A stretch of DNA of 63,778 nt, the filler included, from Chiloscyllium plagiosum (taxonomy: Eukaryota): NCBI RefSeq assembly GCF_004010195.1. It is 4 parts of one record of this genome, joined end to end, with 100 filler letters (N's around TTAATTAATTAA, not from the genome) between each part and the next. Parts side by side here need not be neighbours in the genome. Positions count along the whole stretch, not along the records: positions 1 to 23,403 come from NC_057714.1; 3 more parts are not named here. One strand, 5' to 3'. Numbering within the stretch: the first letter of the stretch is position 1; each line of letters opens with the position of its first letter. Under the pieces are notes generated by a model. That model made no database searches, was not told the DNA's origin, and saw only the letters and a program-made list of their open reading frames with translations. Made by a program: the position numbers and the translations under genes. Below, in pieces: positions 1 to 12,165 of this stretch.

Positions 1-840
1 TGGTGAGGTCAGGATTGGAGCAGGGGGATTGGAGGGCTGCGCGTTGTGAGGGTGAGAGGTTGGAGTGGTGGAGGGGGGTCGACAGGTTGAGGCGGTTAAT
101 GTCCCGGCGGCAGTTGGAAATGAAGAGGTCGAGGGCAGGTAATAGGCCAGCGCGGGGTGTCCAGGTGGATGCAGTGTGTTGGAGGTGGGCGAAGGGGTCC
201 TCGGAAGGTGGGCGGGAGTCCTGATTGTGAAAGTAAGCTCGGAGGCGGAGCCAGCGGAAGAAGTGTTCAACGTCACAATTCATTGATGCGTGGATGGAGG
301 GGGATGAAGATGAGCCTTTTTCTGAGGAATGATCGTTCGTTCTCAGTGAGGGGAAGGTCTGGAGGGATGGTGAAAACTCGGCAGGGCCCAGATCTGGTGT
401 GGGTATGGAGCTGGGAGTGGGGGCGGAGCCAGTAACTGGAGTGGGTGTGATGGTGGGGGGAATGGGGTAGTGTTCCCCTCAGGGTTCTGGGGGCTGGGAA
501 TGGTGACAGTGGGATCTGTGGGGGGCATGTCAACAGAATGCAGATGAGTGGCATTGGTGGGGGCGGAAGTGGTGACAAACATGGCAGTAGGGGGGTGGAC
601 GTCATTGAGCGTGTGACATCAGCGATGATGTGAGGGACGGAAGTGATGTCACGTGTGGAGCATTAGGAATTGTGAGGGGTGGAAGTGGCTGTGGGAAAGG
701 CCATGATGGGGACGGAAGTGACATCATCAATCTGCGTGGGGGTGGCAGCTGCACCAGCCGCATGGCTAATGGCGTCCGAGCAGTTCCAGAAGCCGGGGGA
801 ATCTACTGGAATGTTTGAGGAGCGCTGGTTATGGAGGTGG
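1..840 (-). mobile_element. Penelope-like element, N-terminal ORF region (decayed; runs off the window start)
   Basis: Minus-strand translation RVFTIPPDLPLTENERSFLRKRLIFIPLHPRINEL...TWTPRAGLLPALDLFISNCRRDINRL...SNLSPSQRAAL...NPDLT resembles the pre-RT region of PLEs (L.KGL.F.P ... N.DI.IKPADKG). Confidence 0.75.
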
Positions 841-922
841 GTAGATAACCCCACCCACCTTCGGCGGGTTGGTGTGGACTTATTGGGCCGAAGGGCCTGT
901 TTCCACACTGTAAGTAATCTAA

Positions 923-1095
923 TCTATTGTACTCTCTGCTACTTTCTCCCCACCCCCACCCTCCTCTCACTTATCTCTCCACCCTTCAGACTCTCTGCCT
1001 GTATTCCTGATGAAGGGCTTTTGCCCGAAATGTCGATTTTACTGCTCCTCGGATGCTGCCTGCACTGCTGTGCTCTTCCAGCACCACTAATCCTG
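923..1095 (+). mobile_element. PLE pseudo-LTR fragment carrying a hammerhead motif at 1007-1034
   Basis: Same sequence family as 5030-5290 and the reverse complement of 55898-56120; contains CTGATGA-AGGGC-TTTT-GCCC-GAAA. Confidence 0.8.
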
Positions 1096-1188
1096 GAAAA
1101 TGTAACTTGTCAGTCTTGATGATGAGGAAGGCTTCATTCAATATCGTACGCAATTCTCCAAAATTTCTCGTTATAGCACATTGGCAAG

Positions 1189-1850
1189 TGTTATGGACCA
1201 GACCAAACCCCCTCAAAATATTTTAAGATTGTCTAGACCCCACTTTTTCTTATTTTTAAAGGCAAATGTAAGGTATTGTGTTCTGGCAGAAAATGGATTC
1301 ATCAAACTACCAGGTTTGAAGTAAAGCACATCTTATACTTAAACTACAGTTAAATTAAAATCAAAAGATGGAAGATTTGGAATAATGTAACTCCATTGCA
1401 AACTTAACAGGATAATAGATTTTTTAAATTACTAAACAGTAAAAGAAATTCTTTCACGTGCAATTCTCAAAGCAGGAAGGGAACCCAAGCTTTTAGCTGT
1501 AACAGAGGAATCACATCTTCCACATCCAGCTTCAAGGTGCCAGCAACTACTGAAAGTTAGTTCTGATGAAGGGCTTTTGCCTGAAACATTGATTTTCCTG
1601 CTCCTTGGATGCTGCCTGACAATCTGTGTTTTTCCAGCACCACTCTAATCTAGCCCCTAGATGTTGGTTATCAGAATGCAACCTTGTGATGGCTATTCAA
1701 TTCATCCGTTGTGCTACAAATGCTGCCCTTAACTGTCTTTTTTTTACCATTTTGCAGTCTCTGGATTTATCAGCTGGTGCAGTCTTAAGTTTATGCTATT
1801 TTGTCCAAACCTGGCACACTCTGGGCATCATTACTCAAATTGTGACCCAC
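1189..1850. mobile_element. Probable LTR-like repeat, interrupted by a miniature PLE/hammerhead insert at about 1560-1650
   Basis: Starts TGTTATGGACCAG; the same terminus recurs at about 36264. The right end is uncertain. Confidence 0.35.
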
Positions 1851-2762
1851 CCATTTGTTCTGCTTCTATTGTTCCAACATTTAAACATCTTGAATATGTT
1901 TAAGGAATAAAATAGACTTCTATAGGCTAAAGATGTCAAGGACTTGGAGGCTGAACAGCATACTTCTGCTTCTATATTCCATGTTTCTAAATTTCCTCTT
2001 GTGGGAGAGGCAAGAACTAGAGGACCAGTTTAAGAATGAGATATTTCCCTCTTATGACTGAGATGAGCAAATCATTTTTCACACTCAAAGTTATTAGTGT
2101 GTGGAAGGCTTTAGGGGCAGAGTTGTTATTACTCACTGTCTTAATTGTTTGAACTGTGAAGAAATTGGAATATTTATCCATAAGCCCATGTTGAAATTTT
2201 AGCAAGGCTCCTGACAAGGTGCTGTGTAATAGACTCCATGGTTAGTAAGGTTAGATCACATGTGATCCAAGGAGAGCTAGCCTGTTTATTGAAGGTTGAA
2301 TTAAATAGATTTTTAATGGACAAGGGAGTTGAGGATTATGGGTAGCAGACAGGAAGGTGAAGTTCAGATCAAAAGTCCAATCTACCATGCTCTTATTAAA
2401 TGGTTTATGCTCCTAAAACAAAAGCAGAAGTTGCTGGAGAAACTCTGGCAGCATCTGTGGAGACAAAGTCGGCCACATTTCAGAGCGGCCCTTCTTGTGC
2501 TCCTACACCATTTATATTCAAATGCACTACACATTGCTTATTGCTATACTGGTGAAATCTTGAAATGATTTTCATTCACAATTACAAAGAATGGACACAG
2601 ATGTGTGATCTTAAGATATCACATGCACTGAAGCAAGCAGATATAAACAGACTACTGATTTGTTATGAATAGCAATGAAGCAGGGCTTTACAAATGTAAT
2701 GAGAATGCTTTTGAGATAGTTAGCTTATATTAACTCCATGATTTTTAACATTTTAATTTTTT

Positions 2763-2901
2763 TTAGATTGATTAGATTCCCTACAATGTGGAAACAGGCC
2801 CTTCGGCCCAACAAGTCCACACCAACCTGAAGAGTAACCCACCCAGACCCATTTCCCACAGACTGATGCATCTATGGACACTATGGACAATTTGGCATGG
2901 C
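2763..2901 (-). mobile_element. HE1/V-SINE 3' fragment
   Basis: tagattagattccctacaatgtggaaacaggcccttcggcccaacaagtccacacc is the reverse complement of the SINE tail at 40490-40555. Confidence 0.8.
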
Positions 2902-4189
2902 CTTTGTTCTGGATTTTGAAATTGTGGCATTTGGATTTTGTGTATCTTTGAAGGGTTTTAATGACTAACGTTGGTATTTTTGCAGCCATGGAAACATTAC
3001 TCTCCAGAAAATCTCTCCAGTAATCTGTATTGTTTCTTTTGGCTGAGTATTGAGGATCAGAGTAAACAGTTGTGCATTAGGTTTCAGGTAGCTAGTTATG
3101 GAATTTATTTTAGTTTAAAGGAAAAACACATTGCTTGAATTTTTTGGATTTGGAGAAATCTTCACTAAAGCTGGATGTGTAAGGCAGTAAGTCCTGAAAA
3201 AGGGAGATATTTTAGAAATATTAATAAAATTAGTTACCTCTGTGTAAGGAGTTTAGTTTGAAGGTTCCAGATCAGAAATGTTTGGTTAAAGCTGAGAATG
3301 TTGAAGGTCAGTTGTATGAAGACTCAAGGATGAAGCGAGCAGAGACTCAGAGCCAGGAATTGAAATATCATTTAAGTTAAACTCCACAAATGTAACTGAG
3401 AAGTGAATCCTTTCTGTAAAGGAGTATTGCTGGGATTAATGTGTATTAATTAGTATTTCACTGTGTGTTTTAAATTATTTGAACTCGTGCTTTATAAAGT
3501 TTATTTCATATTATTCTTTATTTTGCATGATAAACTTTAGTTTTGTTGTTTGTATTTCTGTGAATGATCACCTCATTAAAAATAAAATCCCATTACACTA
3601 GATTTCAGTCTGGGATCTGACTTGTCTAGTAATAACATCAACTGGGATCATAACAACAGAGGGCTCTTTGCAGCATTTGAAATCACTGGATTTGAAAAGT
3701 ATCTATATCATTCCTTTTAACATAACAGCTATGTTATGGTTACAAACATAAAACAACTGCAATGTGAAGATTATTGCATGGAAGCTTTGGAAATACATTA
3801 AAAATGTCAAAAGCATCTTGAGGTTTTTGACTGATGGTCATGACATCATTTATATCTGGTGAGAAGTTAAATTGTCAGAATGCAGCGAAGTAAAAGGAGA
3901 GCTACAAAATCTCAAATTATATTACTGGGATGACAGTGTAGAACAAATATGTTCTACAGACAAACATGCTGAATGCGTAATAGATGGAACAAAAACGTAA
4001 TGTCAACTAACATAGTTTTAAGGAATATCTTTTTTTTATATTAAGCATAAAAGTTTCTGTATTGAATAAATCAGGGTGTTATTTACCTAGTAGCAAATTG
4101 TTTATTCCACTTAAAATATATCAACCTATGCAATAAGCAAAAACCAGCCAACTGGATTCTCAGCCAACACTACAAAGAAAGTTAGAGAT

Positions 4190-4760
4190 AAAAAAAAACC
4201 TGCAGATGCTGGAATCCAAACTGGACAGGCAGGAGGCTGGAAGAACACATCAAGTCAGGCAGCATCAGGAGGTGGAGAAGTCAATGTTTCAGATGTAACC
4301 CTTCTTCAGGACTGGGGGTGGGTATAGGGGGAGCTGCACTTAAAGGGGGTGGCGGGGGCAGGGTGGTGAAGTGGGATTGGTAAAGACAGGTAGGGGGTAT
4401 GACCTGATTGGTCAATGGAAGGAATGAATCTAGTTGGTGGCAGGGAACAGTGGAATGGAGGGGTTGGGGAGGGGGTTATTTGAAATTGGAGAACTCAATG
4501 TTGAGACATCTGGGCTGTAGGCTGCCCAGGTGGAATATGTGGTTCCTCCAATATGTGGTTCCTCCAATATGTGGTTCCTCCAATATGTGGTTTGGTTCAT
4601 TGTGGCAATGGAAGAGGCCAAGGATGGTCATGTCAGAAAGGGAGTGGGAAGGGGAATTAAAATGGGCGGTGACTGGGAGGTCCACTAGGCCTGTCTGCCA
4701 TACTCAGCAAGCCATTCCCTCAGTTTACATTGGATCTCCCTGATGTAGAGAAAACCACAG
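4190..4760 (-). mobile_element. Penelope-like element 3' end (GIY-YIG C-terminus plus pLTR with a degenerate hammerhead at 4284-4309)
   Basis: Minus-strand translation CGFLYI.E...DLPVTAHFNSPSHSLSDMTILGL...IFHLGSLQPRCLNIEFSNFK is a typical PLE endonuclease C-terminus. Confidence 0.8.
4534..4592 (+). repeat. 16-bp tandem repeat (AATATGTGGTTCCTCC) x about 3.7, inside the PLE
   Basis: Three exact units plus a partial unit, read directly. Confidence 0.9.
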
Positions 4761-4817
4761 GTGACAGTATGAGTACTGTTTTAGTAGGAAAGACTACTGC
4801 TCAACTTTTCTGGATAT

Positions 4818-5289
4818 ACAGGCAAAAGTGAGGACTGCAAATGCTGGAAACCAGAGTTTAGATCAGAGTGGTGCTGGAAAGGCCCAGCAGGTCAGGCAGT
4901 ATCTGAGGAGCAGGAAAATTGACATTTTGGGCAAAAGCCCTTCATCAAGAATCTCTTGCAAGAATGCCTTGAAGAAGTTCTCCTCCTCTCGCCACAAGAA
5001 TCTCAGTGAGTCTCTCCTCCATTCACCTATTGTACTCTGCTACCTTCCCCACCCTCCTCCTGACCTATCACCTCCATCCCCACCCCCATTCACCTATTGT
5101 ACTCTTTGCTACCTTCTCCCCAGTCCTCTGCCACCCCAATTATCTCTCCACCCTGGAGGCTCCCTGCCTCCATTCCTGATGAAGGGCTTTTGCCCAAAAC
5201 ATCAATTTTTCAGTTCCTGGATGCTGCCTGACCTGCTGTGCCTTTCCAGTACCACTCTGATCTCCAGCAACTGCAGTCCTCACTTTTAC
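4818..5289. mobile_element. Non-autonomous fold-back PLE derivative with hammerhead motifs on both strands
   Basis: Inverted ends (ggcaaaagtgaggactgca / tgcagtcctcacttttacc). 13-bp direct repeat CTTTTCTGGATAT at 4805-4817 and 5290-5302. Motifs at about 4919-4948 (-) and 5176-5203 (+). Confidence 0.8.
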
Positions 5290-6849
5290 CTTTTCTGGAT
5301 ATGTGCACAATCCATAATTCCCCACTCGAGTAAAAGTAGCAATATATTAGGTGAATGCTAGTTTTACATGCACCTAATGAGGTTTTCAGTAATAACTACC
5401 AGTTTGATTAATCTGATCCAATTGGTCAGACTCCCCAGTCATATCAAACTCAGTGTTCAAGATTCAATACCTCACTTGTTTCTTTGATGTACCTCTGGTT
5501 CATACGCTGCAAGGTATAGAATGACAGATAACAAGACCACAATCTTACAAATGCACCCAGGCACTAATTAACCTTTTGTAGTAATTGCTTTATGATTTCG
5601 CTGTGCATACGGAGCTGTTGTAGAAGCAGGGTACCCTATATTTGTATGTGGAGACAAATTGGAGTTTTGCAATGAATGATAGAGAGTTGTCACGCTGCAT
5701 GTGACAATAATTTCAGTAATATAATCAGGACAAGTAAGCGTGTGAGGCCGGAAAATGTGACAGAAGTCATTTACCAAACGAGGATTCATTCATTGAACTG
5801 CCTCGTAGCTTTCCAAATCCAAATTAGGTCATTTAAATATGTGTTAATAAGGGTCAATGGTGCGCAAGCTTTGGATTACCTGCTTTTATGCTCAAATCCC
5901 TAAATCCCTCAAAGAAACTGAACATTGCCATTGGCAAGATGCAGCCATTGGTAGTAGTCACTACATTGGGCCTAAGTGAGGTGTTTGATAGTCTGATGAA
6001 GATGGAGAGTTTTAATCGTAGTTTCTGTGACTACAAACGCATTTATTTTTGCTAGACTGTCTGCTTTCACTGCGTGTAACACTTGAGCTCGACAAGGAGT
6101 GTTTAAATCCCACTCTCGTTAATGTGGGTTTTGCAGGAGAAAATCTGCTGTTCACTCATGTTCTGTTTTAGGGTTCATAACATCTACCTGAGGATTTGTT
6201 TAATCTAATCTATCTGGGACATAATTTCATTTATAGCAAAGTATTATTTTTTCTTTAACTCGTTAAGAAGGCAGGTTATCTCTAACAGCTGTTTGGAGGT
6301 AGCAGGTACGCAGAAAAACCGAGAGAAATTCTGTTCATTAAGTTTCTGCATGTGTCTACCAATTGGATCCCCACACTTTGCATTCGTAGTCATTAGGAAT
6401 GTGCATTGGTTTTGTCATAACCACAACAGTGCGAGTCTTCAAAGTGGTCCATGAATTATGAATTTGTATAAATTGTTTAATTCCCTTTTTAGCTTTTTGA
6501 GTTCTCCCATTTTAAAAATAACTAGCAGCAAATGTTTAGTCTCTAACACAAAGTTAGATTATATACTTATTGCTGCATGTTACTAGTCAGAAACTGGTGT
6601 TGTAATTAGCTATAATAGATAACGATTACACTTAGAGATAAAAGGTACAAATATGAAAAGATCAGACTGTTATAAGACTTCTCTTTTGAGGTGAAGGTTT
6701 TGAAAATTTAAAGTCAGATTCAGCAACTGTGATGGCATCTGTTGCTGAACAAACAGTTGGTTGCTTGTACAGGTGCACTCTTCTGAGAGAAGAGACTTTT
6801 GGAAGATAGTGAGGCAGAGAGAGAACAATCCTTGTTTGTTTTTAATTCC

Positions 6850-8660
6850 TGGGGTGTTGAATAAGTTGGCTGGGCCAGCATTTATTGCCTGAGCCTAGTT
6901 GCTCTAGAGGGGTGGTGGTGAGCAACTTTCTTGATTCGCTGCTGTCCATTTGTTGTAGTTAGGGATGGAGGTTCAGGAGTGGGACTTAGTGAAACTGAAG
7001 GAATGGCAAAATATATTTCTAAGTCAAGATGGTGAGTGGCTTGGAGAGGACCTTGCAGGTAATGGTGTTCCTGCATTGTTGCTGTCCTTGTCCTTCTAGA
7101 TATAAGGGTCTTGGGTTTGGAAATTGTGTCAAAAGGGCCTTGGACAATTTGTGCAGTGTATGTAGGAGATGGTACACAGTGGTGCTACTAAGCAGTGATA
7201 GAGGAAGTGGATGTTTGTGGATGTGGTGCCAATCAGGTGGACTATTTTGTCCCGGATGATGTCAAGCTTCTCGTGTTGCTGGGCTGCACTCATCCAGGCA
7301 AGCGTGGAGTTTTGCATCACACTGATGGTTTGTCTTGTAGATGGTGGACAGATCTTGGATACAAGATTATTATTTGCTGTAGGATTCCTTGACTCTGACC
7401 TGTTCTAGCAGTCACAATATTTATATGACTCATCCAGTTTACTGTCTTGTCAATGGTAGTCGGAGGATGTTGATAGTGGAGGATTCAGCAATGGTAATGC
7501 CAATACCCCTTGATATTCAATGTTTAGGTTGTTGCTGGAGATGTCATTGCCTGGCATTTTTGTGGTGTGAATGTTAGTTGCTAATGGTCAGCCCAAAAAA
7601 AAGGATATTACCCTGTATTTTGATATGATTTTCCATATCTGAGGACCTTCCATATCTGAAGAATCATGAATGGTGATGAACATTATGCAGTTAGCAGAAA
7701 ATATACATATCTGATCTTATGATGGACAGAAATTATTAAAGCAGCTAAACACTATCCAGAAGAACTGCAGCACTCTGTGGTGCAGCAATAGTGTCTCTGC
7801 TTCTGCGTCAGGAGGCTTCGGTTCAAGTCCCACCTGCTCCAGTGGTGTGTACTGTAATAACATCTGAGCAGATTGATTGGAAGAACTCCTGCAGAGATGT
7901 TCTGGACTGAGATGAGTCCAACAGCCACAGTCATTGCTCTTTACTGGTTGGCATCATATGAAGCACAGAGTTTTCCCACTGACTCCAGTTCTGCTAGGGC
8001 TCCTTGATGCCACATACAGTCAAACGCAGCATTGACGTCAAGGGCAGTCACTCACCTCACTTCTGGAATTTGACCCATGCCTGTAATTAGATTAGGAACT
8101 GAGTAGCCATGGAGGAACCCGAACTGAGTGTGACTGAGTAGGTTATTGCTCAGTAAGTGTTGTGTAATAACTCTGTTAATGAAACCTTCCATCACTTTAC
8201 TGATAATTGAGAGCAGACTCAATTTTTAGTGTTCAGGACATACCTGGGCAAATTTCCACATTTGAGTCAATACTTGCATTGTAGTTTTACTGAATTTACT
8301 GGACCTTTCCTGATGAAGGGCTTATACCTGAAACATCAATTCTCCTGCTCCTTGAATGCTGCCTGACCTGCTGTGCTTTTCCAGCACCAGACTCTCGACT
8401 CTCCAGCATCTGCAGTCCTCATTTTCTCCCGCTTTACTGAATCAACTTGGCTAGGGGCAGTTTTGGAGCACGGGTCTTCAGTTCTGCTGGAATGTTGCCA
8501 GGCCTACAGCCTTTACGTATCCAGTGCTATTAGCTGTTTCTTCATATCATGTGCAGTGAAGAGAATTACCTGATGACTGGCCTGTGTGATGCTGGGGACC
8601 TCTGGAGGAGACCAAGATGGAACATTCACTCAGCACTTCTGATGGAAGATTATTACAAAT
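6850..8660 (-). mobile_element. Decayed CR1/L2-group LINE with nested SINE (7770-7880) and mini-PLE (8296-8432)
   Basis: Reverse-complement similarity to the element at 50990-52630, including its 3' tail (aaggcagctcaccaccaccttct...gcaataaatg). Confidence 0.65.
7770..7880 (+). mobile_element. Short tRNA-derived SINE
   Basis: A-box-like gtggtgcagcaatag and B-box ggttcaagtccc; flanking GAAGAACT repeat. The same family occurs on the minus strand at 42167-42241. Confidence 0.6.
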
Positions 8661-8664
8661 ACTT

Positions 8665-9846
8665 TGTCAAAAATCACACAAAGCTGGGTTACAGTCCAAC
8701 AAGTTTATTTGAAAACGCAAGCTTTTTGTAGGGGCTGCTCCTTCCTCAGGCAGTTGATAAGAGACAATACATTGGACACAGAATTTATAAGTAAAAGATC
8801 AAAGGGTCATACAATTTATGCAAATATATTGAACAAACTATTAAGTCTTTAATCAGTTAGAATGGTGGTGGAGGTTTCGATTGATTTAATATGTAAATCC
8901 CAGTTTCACCCTACTATCAGACTTACCATGGACTACTCTTTAGAATCAGTCTCATAATTGGACACATGCATCTCCGTTTTGGATGGGCACCCAGTACCTC
9001 ACTCTACTGCAAGCCCACAGATAACCTCACAATGCTGCACTTCTCTAGCTTCCACCCTAAACTTAAAACAGCCATCCCCTACAGGTAAGCCCTCCGCATA
9101 CGCAGGATCTACTTGGATGAGGGGGAACACAGCAAACGCCTGAAGGTGTTCAGGGATGCCCTCATCGATTAGCAGTTCCAAAGTGCCACAGCGAAAAGCC
9201 ATAACAACCTCCTCAGAAGACAGATACCAGATGCAACCAATAGGGTACCCTTCGTTGTCCAGTACTTCCCGGGAGCAGAGAAACTATGCCATGATCTTCA
9301 CAGCCTGCAACGCTTTATCGGTGAGAATGAGGACCTCGCAAAGACCTTCACTACGCCTCTACTTCTCACCTTTGAACTAACCGCTAAACCTTAAACAGAC
9401 CATTGTTCACAGCAAACCGCTCAGCCTTCAGAACAACATCGGCCATAACACTGTACAACCCTGTCGTGGCAACCTCTGCAAGACAGGTACTCATATGGTT
9501 CGGCCAACGTTGTCTATCTCATCCACTGCAGGCAAGGATGCCCCAAGACATGGTAGATTGGTGACACCAAGCAGGTGCTACGACAACTGATGAATGGACA
9601 CCACGCAACAATCTCAGTGGGAAACACTTCAGTGGTTAAGGACATTTGGCCTCGAATCTTTTGGTGACTGTCCTCCATGGTGGACTTTGGGACCCACAAA
9701 AATGCATATTTGGCGAACAGAGGCTGATAGCCAAGGATGGTACCCATGAGGATGGGCTCAACTGGGATCTTGGGTTCGTGTCACACTACAGTTGACCCCA
9801 TTACACTATATACTCTTACACATACACTCATACACATGGACACATG

Positions 9847-9877
<31 letters not shown>

Positions 9878-10495
9878 TGCTCAAACACTGTTTCTCACAC
9901 TCTCTCATAAGCATGTGCACCCTCACACTTGTGCAGACTCTCTCTCAAGCTCACATGCACAGTCTAACTCTCACTCTCACGCTCTCACTCACATTTGCAG
10001 ATTTGTATTTGCAGGTACATTTCTGTTTTGTTCAAAAAGTGCACAAACTGTAACCAGTCACTCAATGTGGCATTTTATAAATTCCTACTTTGGAAATAAA
10101 ACTACTCTGGCTCCAGGATGAGATTCAAACAGACATGAAGCATCACACTTAAAATGCATTGTCTGATCTGAGGTGTCACCTTTATTCTGATAAAACCTGA
10201 AGTTATCTTGGGACAGTGACTTGAAAGAAATTCTGGGATTTACATATTAATCAATCGAAACCTGCACCTGCATTCTAACTGGTTAAAGACTTAATAGCCA
10301 TCTAAGTTTGTTCAATACATTCATGAGTTGAATGATCCTTATAAATTCTGTGTCTGATGTATTCTCTCTCACTTGCTGCCTGAGGAAGGAGCAATGGCTC
10401 CAAAAGCTCGCAGTTTCAAATAAACCTGTTGGACCCGTAATCATGTGATTTTTGACTTTGCCTGCCCCAGTTCAACACTGGTACCTCCACATCAT
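8665..10495 (+). mobile_element. Penelope-like element, 5'-truncated, with inverted pseudo-LTRs
   Basis: 8665-8903 is the inverted counterpart of 10233-10460. Internal decayed RT thumb and GIY-YIG (ANVVYLIHCRQGCPKTW*IGDTKQVLRQLMNGH). Hammerhead-like motifs at 10380-10409 (+) and 8720-8749 (-). Confidence 0.85.
9847..9874 (+). repeat. (AC)n microsatellite within the PLE 3' region
   Basis: About 14 AC units, read directly. Confidence 0.9.
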
Positions 10496-10854
10496 TACAA
10501 ATGCTTCAGAATTTGTATTTACTGAGCTCTCTCAACATTGAGGGTTGAAGGTATTTGTAGAGCCTCCTGTTCCAATAAGTTGTCTGATTGTCCACCACTT
10601 GTCATGTTTGGATGTGACAGGGCTAGAATGCTCAGATTTCTTCATTGTGGGATTATGAGTTCCTCACTTGCTCTGTGGTCATGGCATTTACAGAATAGCC
10701 TTGGCTCCTTCACAGAATGTTTTGTAATCTCTGAAATCTTTTTTGCTTAATCTCTCATTTTAGCTGAGAACTCAGAATCCTTCCTGGGCAGTTCTGCCTA
10801 AAATGTTAACTTTTTGCTTTGGTTATGCAGATCAAACATGAAATGGCTGCTATA

Positions 10855-11307
10855 TTAGAGTCATAGTCGTACAGTTATATAGCATGTAAACAGACCCTTC
10901 TGTCCAACTAGTCCATGCTGGCCAGATACTCTATATTATTCTAGTCCTATTTTCCAGCATTTGGCCTCTATCCCTCTAAACCCTTCCTATTCATATACTC
11001 ATCCAGATGCCTTTTGAATGTTGTAATTGCACCAGCTTCCACCACCTCCTCTAGAAGCTCATTCCATACACACAACACCCTCTGCATGAAAAAGTTGCCC
11101 CTTAGGTTGCTTTTAGACCTTTCACCTCTCACCCTAAACCTATGCCCTCTAGTTTTAGATTATGATTAGATTATTTACAATGTGGAAACAGGCCCTTCGG
11201 CCCAACAAGTCCACACCGACCCTCCGAAGAGTAACCCATCCAGACCCATTCCCCGTGACTAATGCACCTAACATTACGGGCAATTTAGCATCGCCAATTC
11301 ACCTGAT
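10855..11307 (-). mobile_element. CR1 LINE 3' end followed by an HE1 SINE 3' fragment
   Basis: Matches the CR1 tail at 22206-22500 and the SINE tail. Confidence 0.75.
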
Positions 11308-11329
11308 CGCTTTTCTTGTCATATATATT

Positions 11330-12165
11330 TATAAGCTAGATTTGGATATACAGAGCACAACTTCAAAATTCGAACCAGAGCCAAACCTGGAAGTATTGTG
11401 AATTGCAGGAAAGATATTGGTAGATTTCAAAAGGCTATAGATCAGTTAATGTAACAACACCATGCAGATGAATTTCAATGCAGAATGGTGCAGGTGATAA
11501 TTTTAGGGAGGAAGAATTGGGAAAGGCAATGTAAAGAATACAAGTCCAAAATGGTTGCAGGAAGAGATGGCATATGTGCACAAATTTTTAAAGATAGCAG
11601 GGCATGTTGAGAAAGTATTTGAAAAGACTGGACTGACACTGGCTTGATCTTCAAAGTATTTTGTCCAATTCTGGGCACTGCCACTTGATCAAGGCTCTGC
11701 AGGCTTGAGAGCGAGCAAACAAGCGAGCACAGAAAACATTTATGAAAATAGTTTCAGGTATGAGTTTTCAGTTGTGACATTAAATTCAAGAAGCAAAAGT
11801 GTTCTCTTTTGATAGAAATGTTCAAGATCATAAAGGATCTAGACAGATTAGCTAAAACTACTGCTTCTATTGGCAGAAGGGTTAACGGAGAACCAGAGGA
11901 CTAATTTAAGGTGGTTGGCAATTAAAAATGAGTGGCACGAGGAAGTACTCATTCAATTAGCGAGTGGTTGGAATCTGGGATGCACAACCTTAAAAGTGTG
12001 ATGGAGGCAGATTCATTGTGGTTTTCAAAAGATAGTTGCTTAAGTATCTGAAGAGAAACACATGCTGGGCTATGCAGAAAGGACAAGAGAATTATTATTG
12101 CAGAGAGTTGGCAAGGACATGACAGGACAAGTGGCCTTGATCTGTGCTGGAACCATTCAATGATT
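11330..12165 (+). mobile_element. Highly decayed CR1 LINE 3' part
   Basis: Residual similarity to the CR1 RT C-terminal region and 3' UTR of other copies in the window. Confidence 0.5.

Noticed and set aside
4534..4592. Short direct-repeat array
   Set aside because: Spacer-less 16-bp tandem duplication in a eukaryotic retroelement; not CRISPR.
9792..10121. His/Thr-rich ORFs
   Set aside because: Translation of the (AC)n-rich PLE 3' region.
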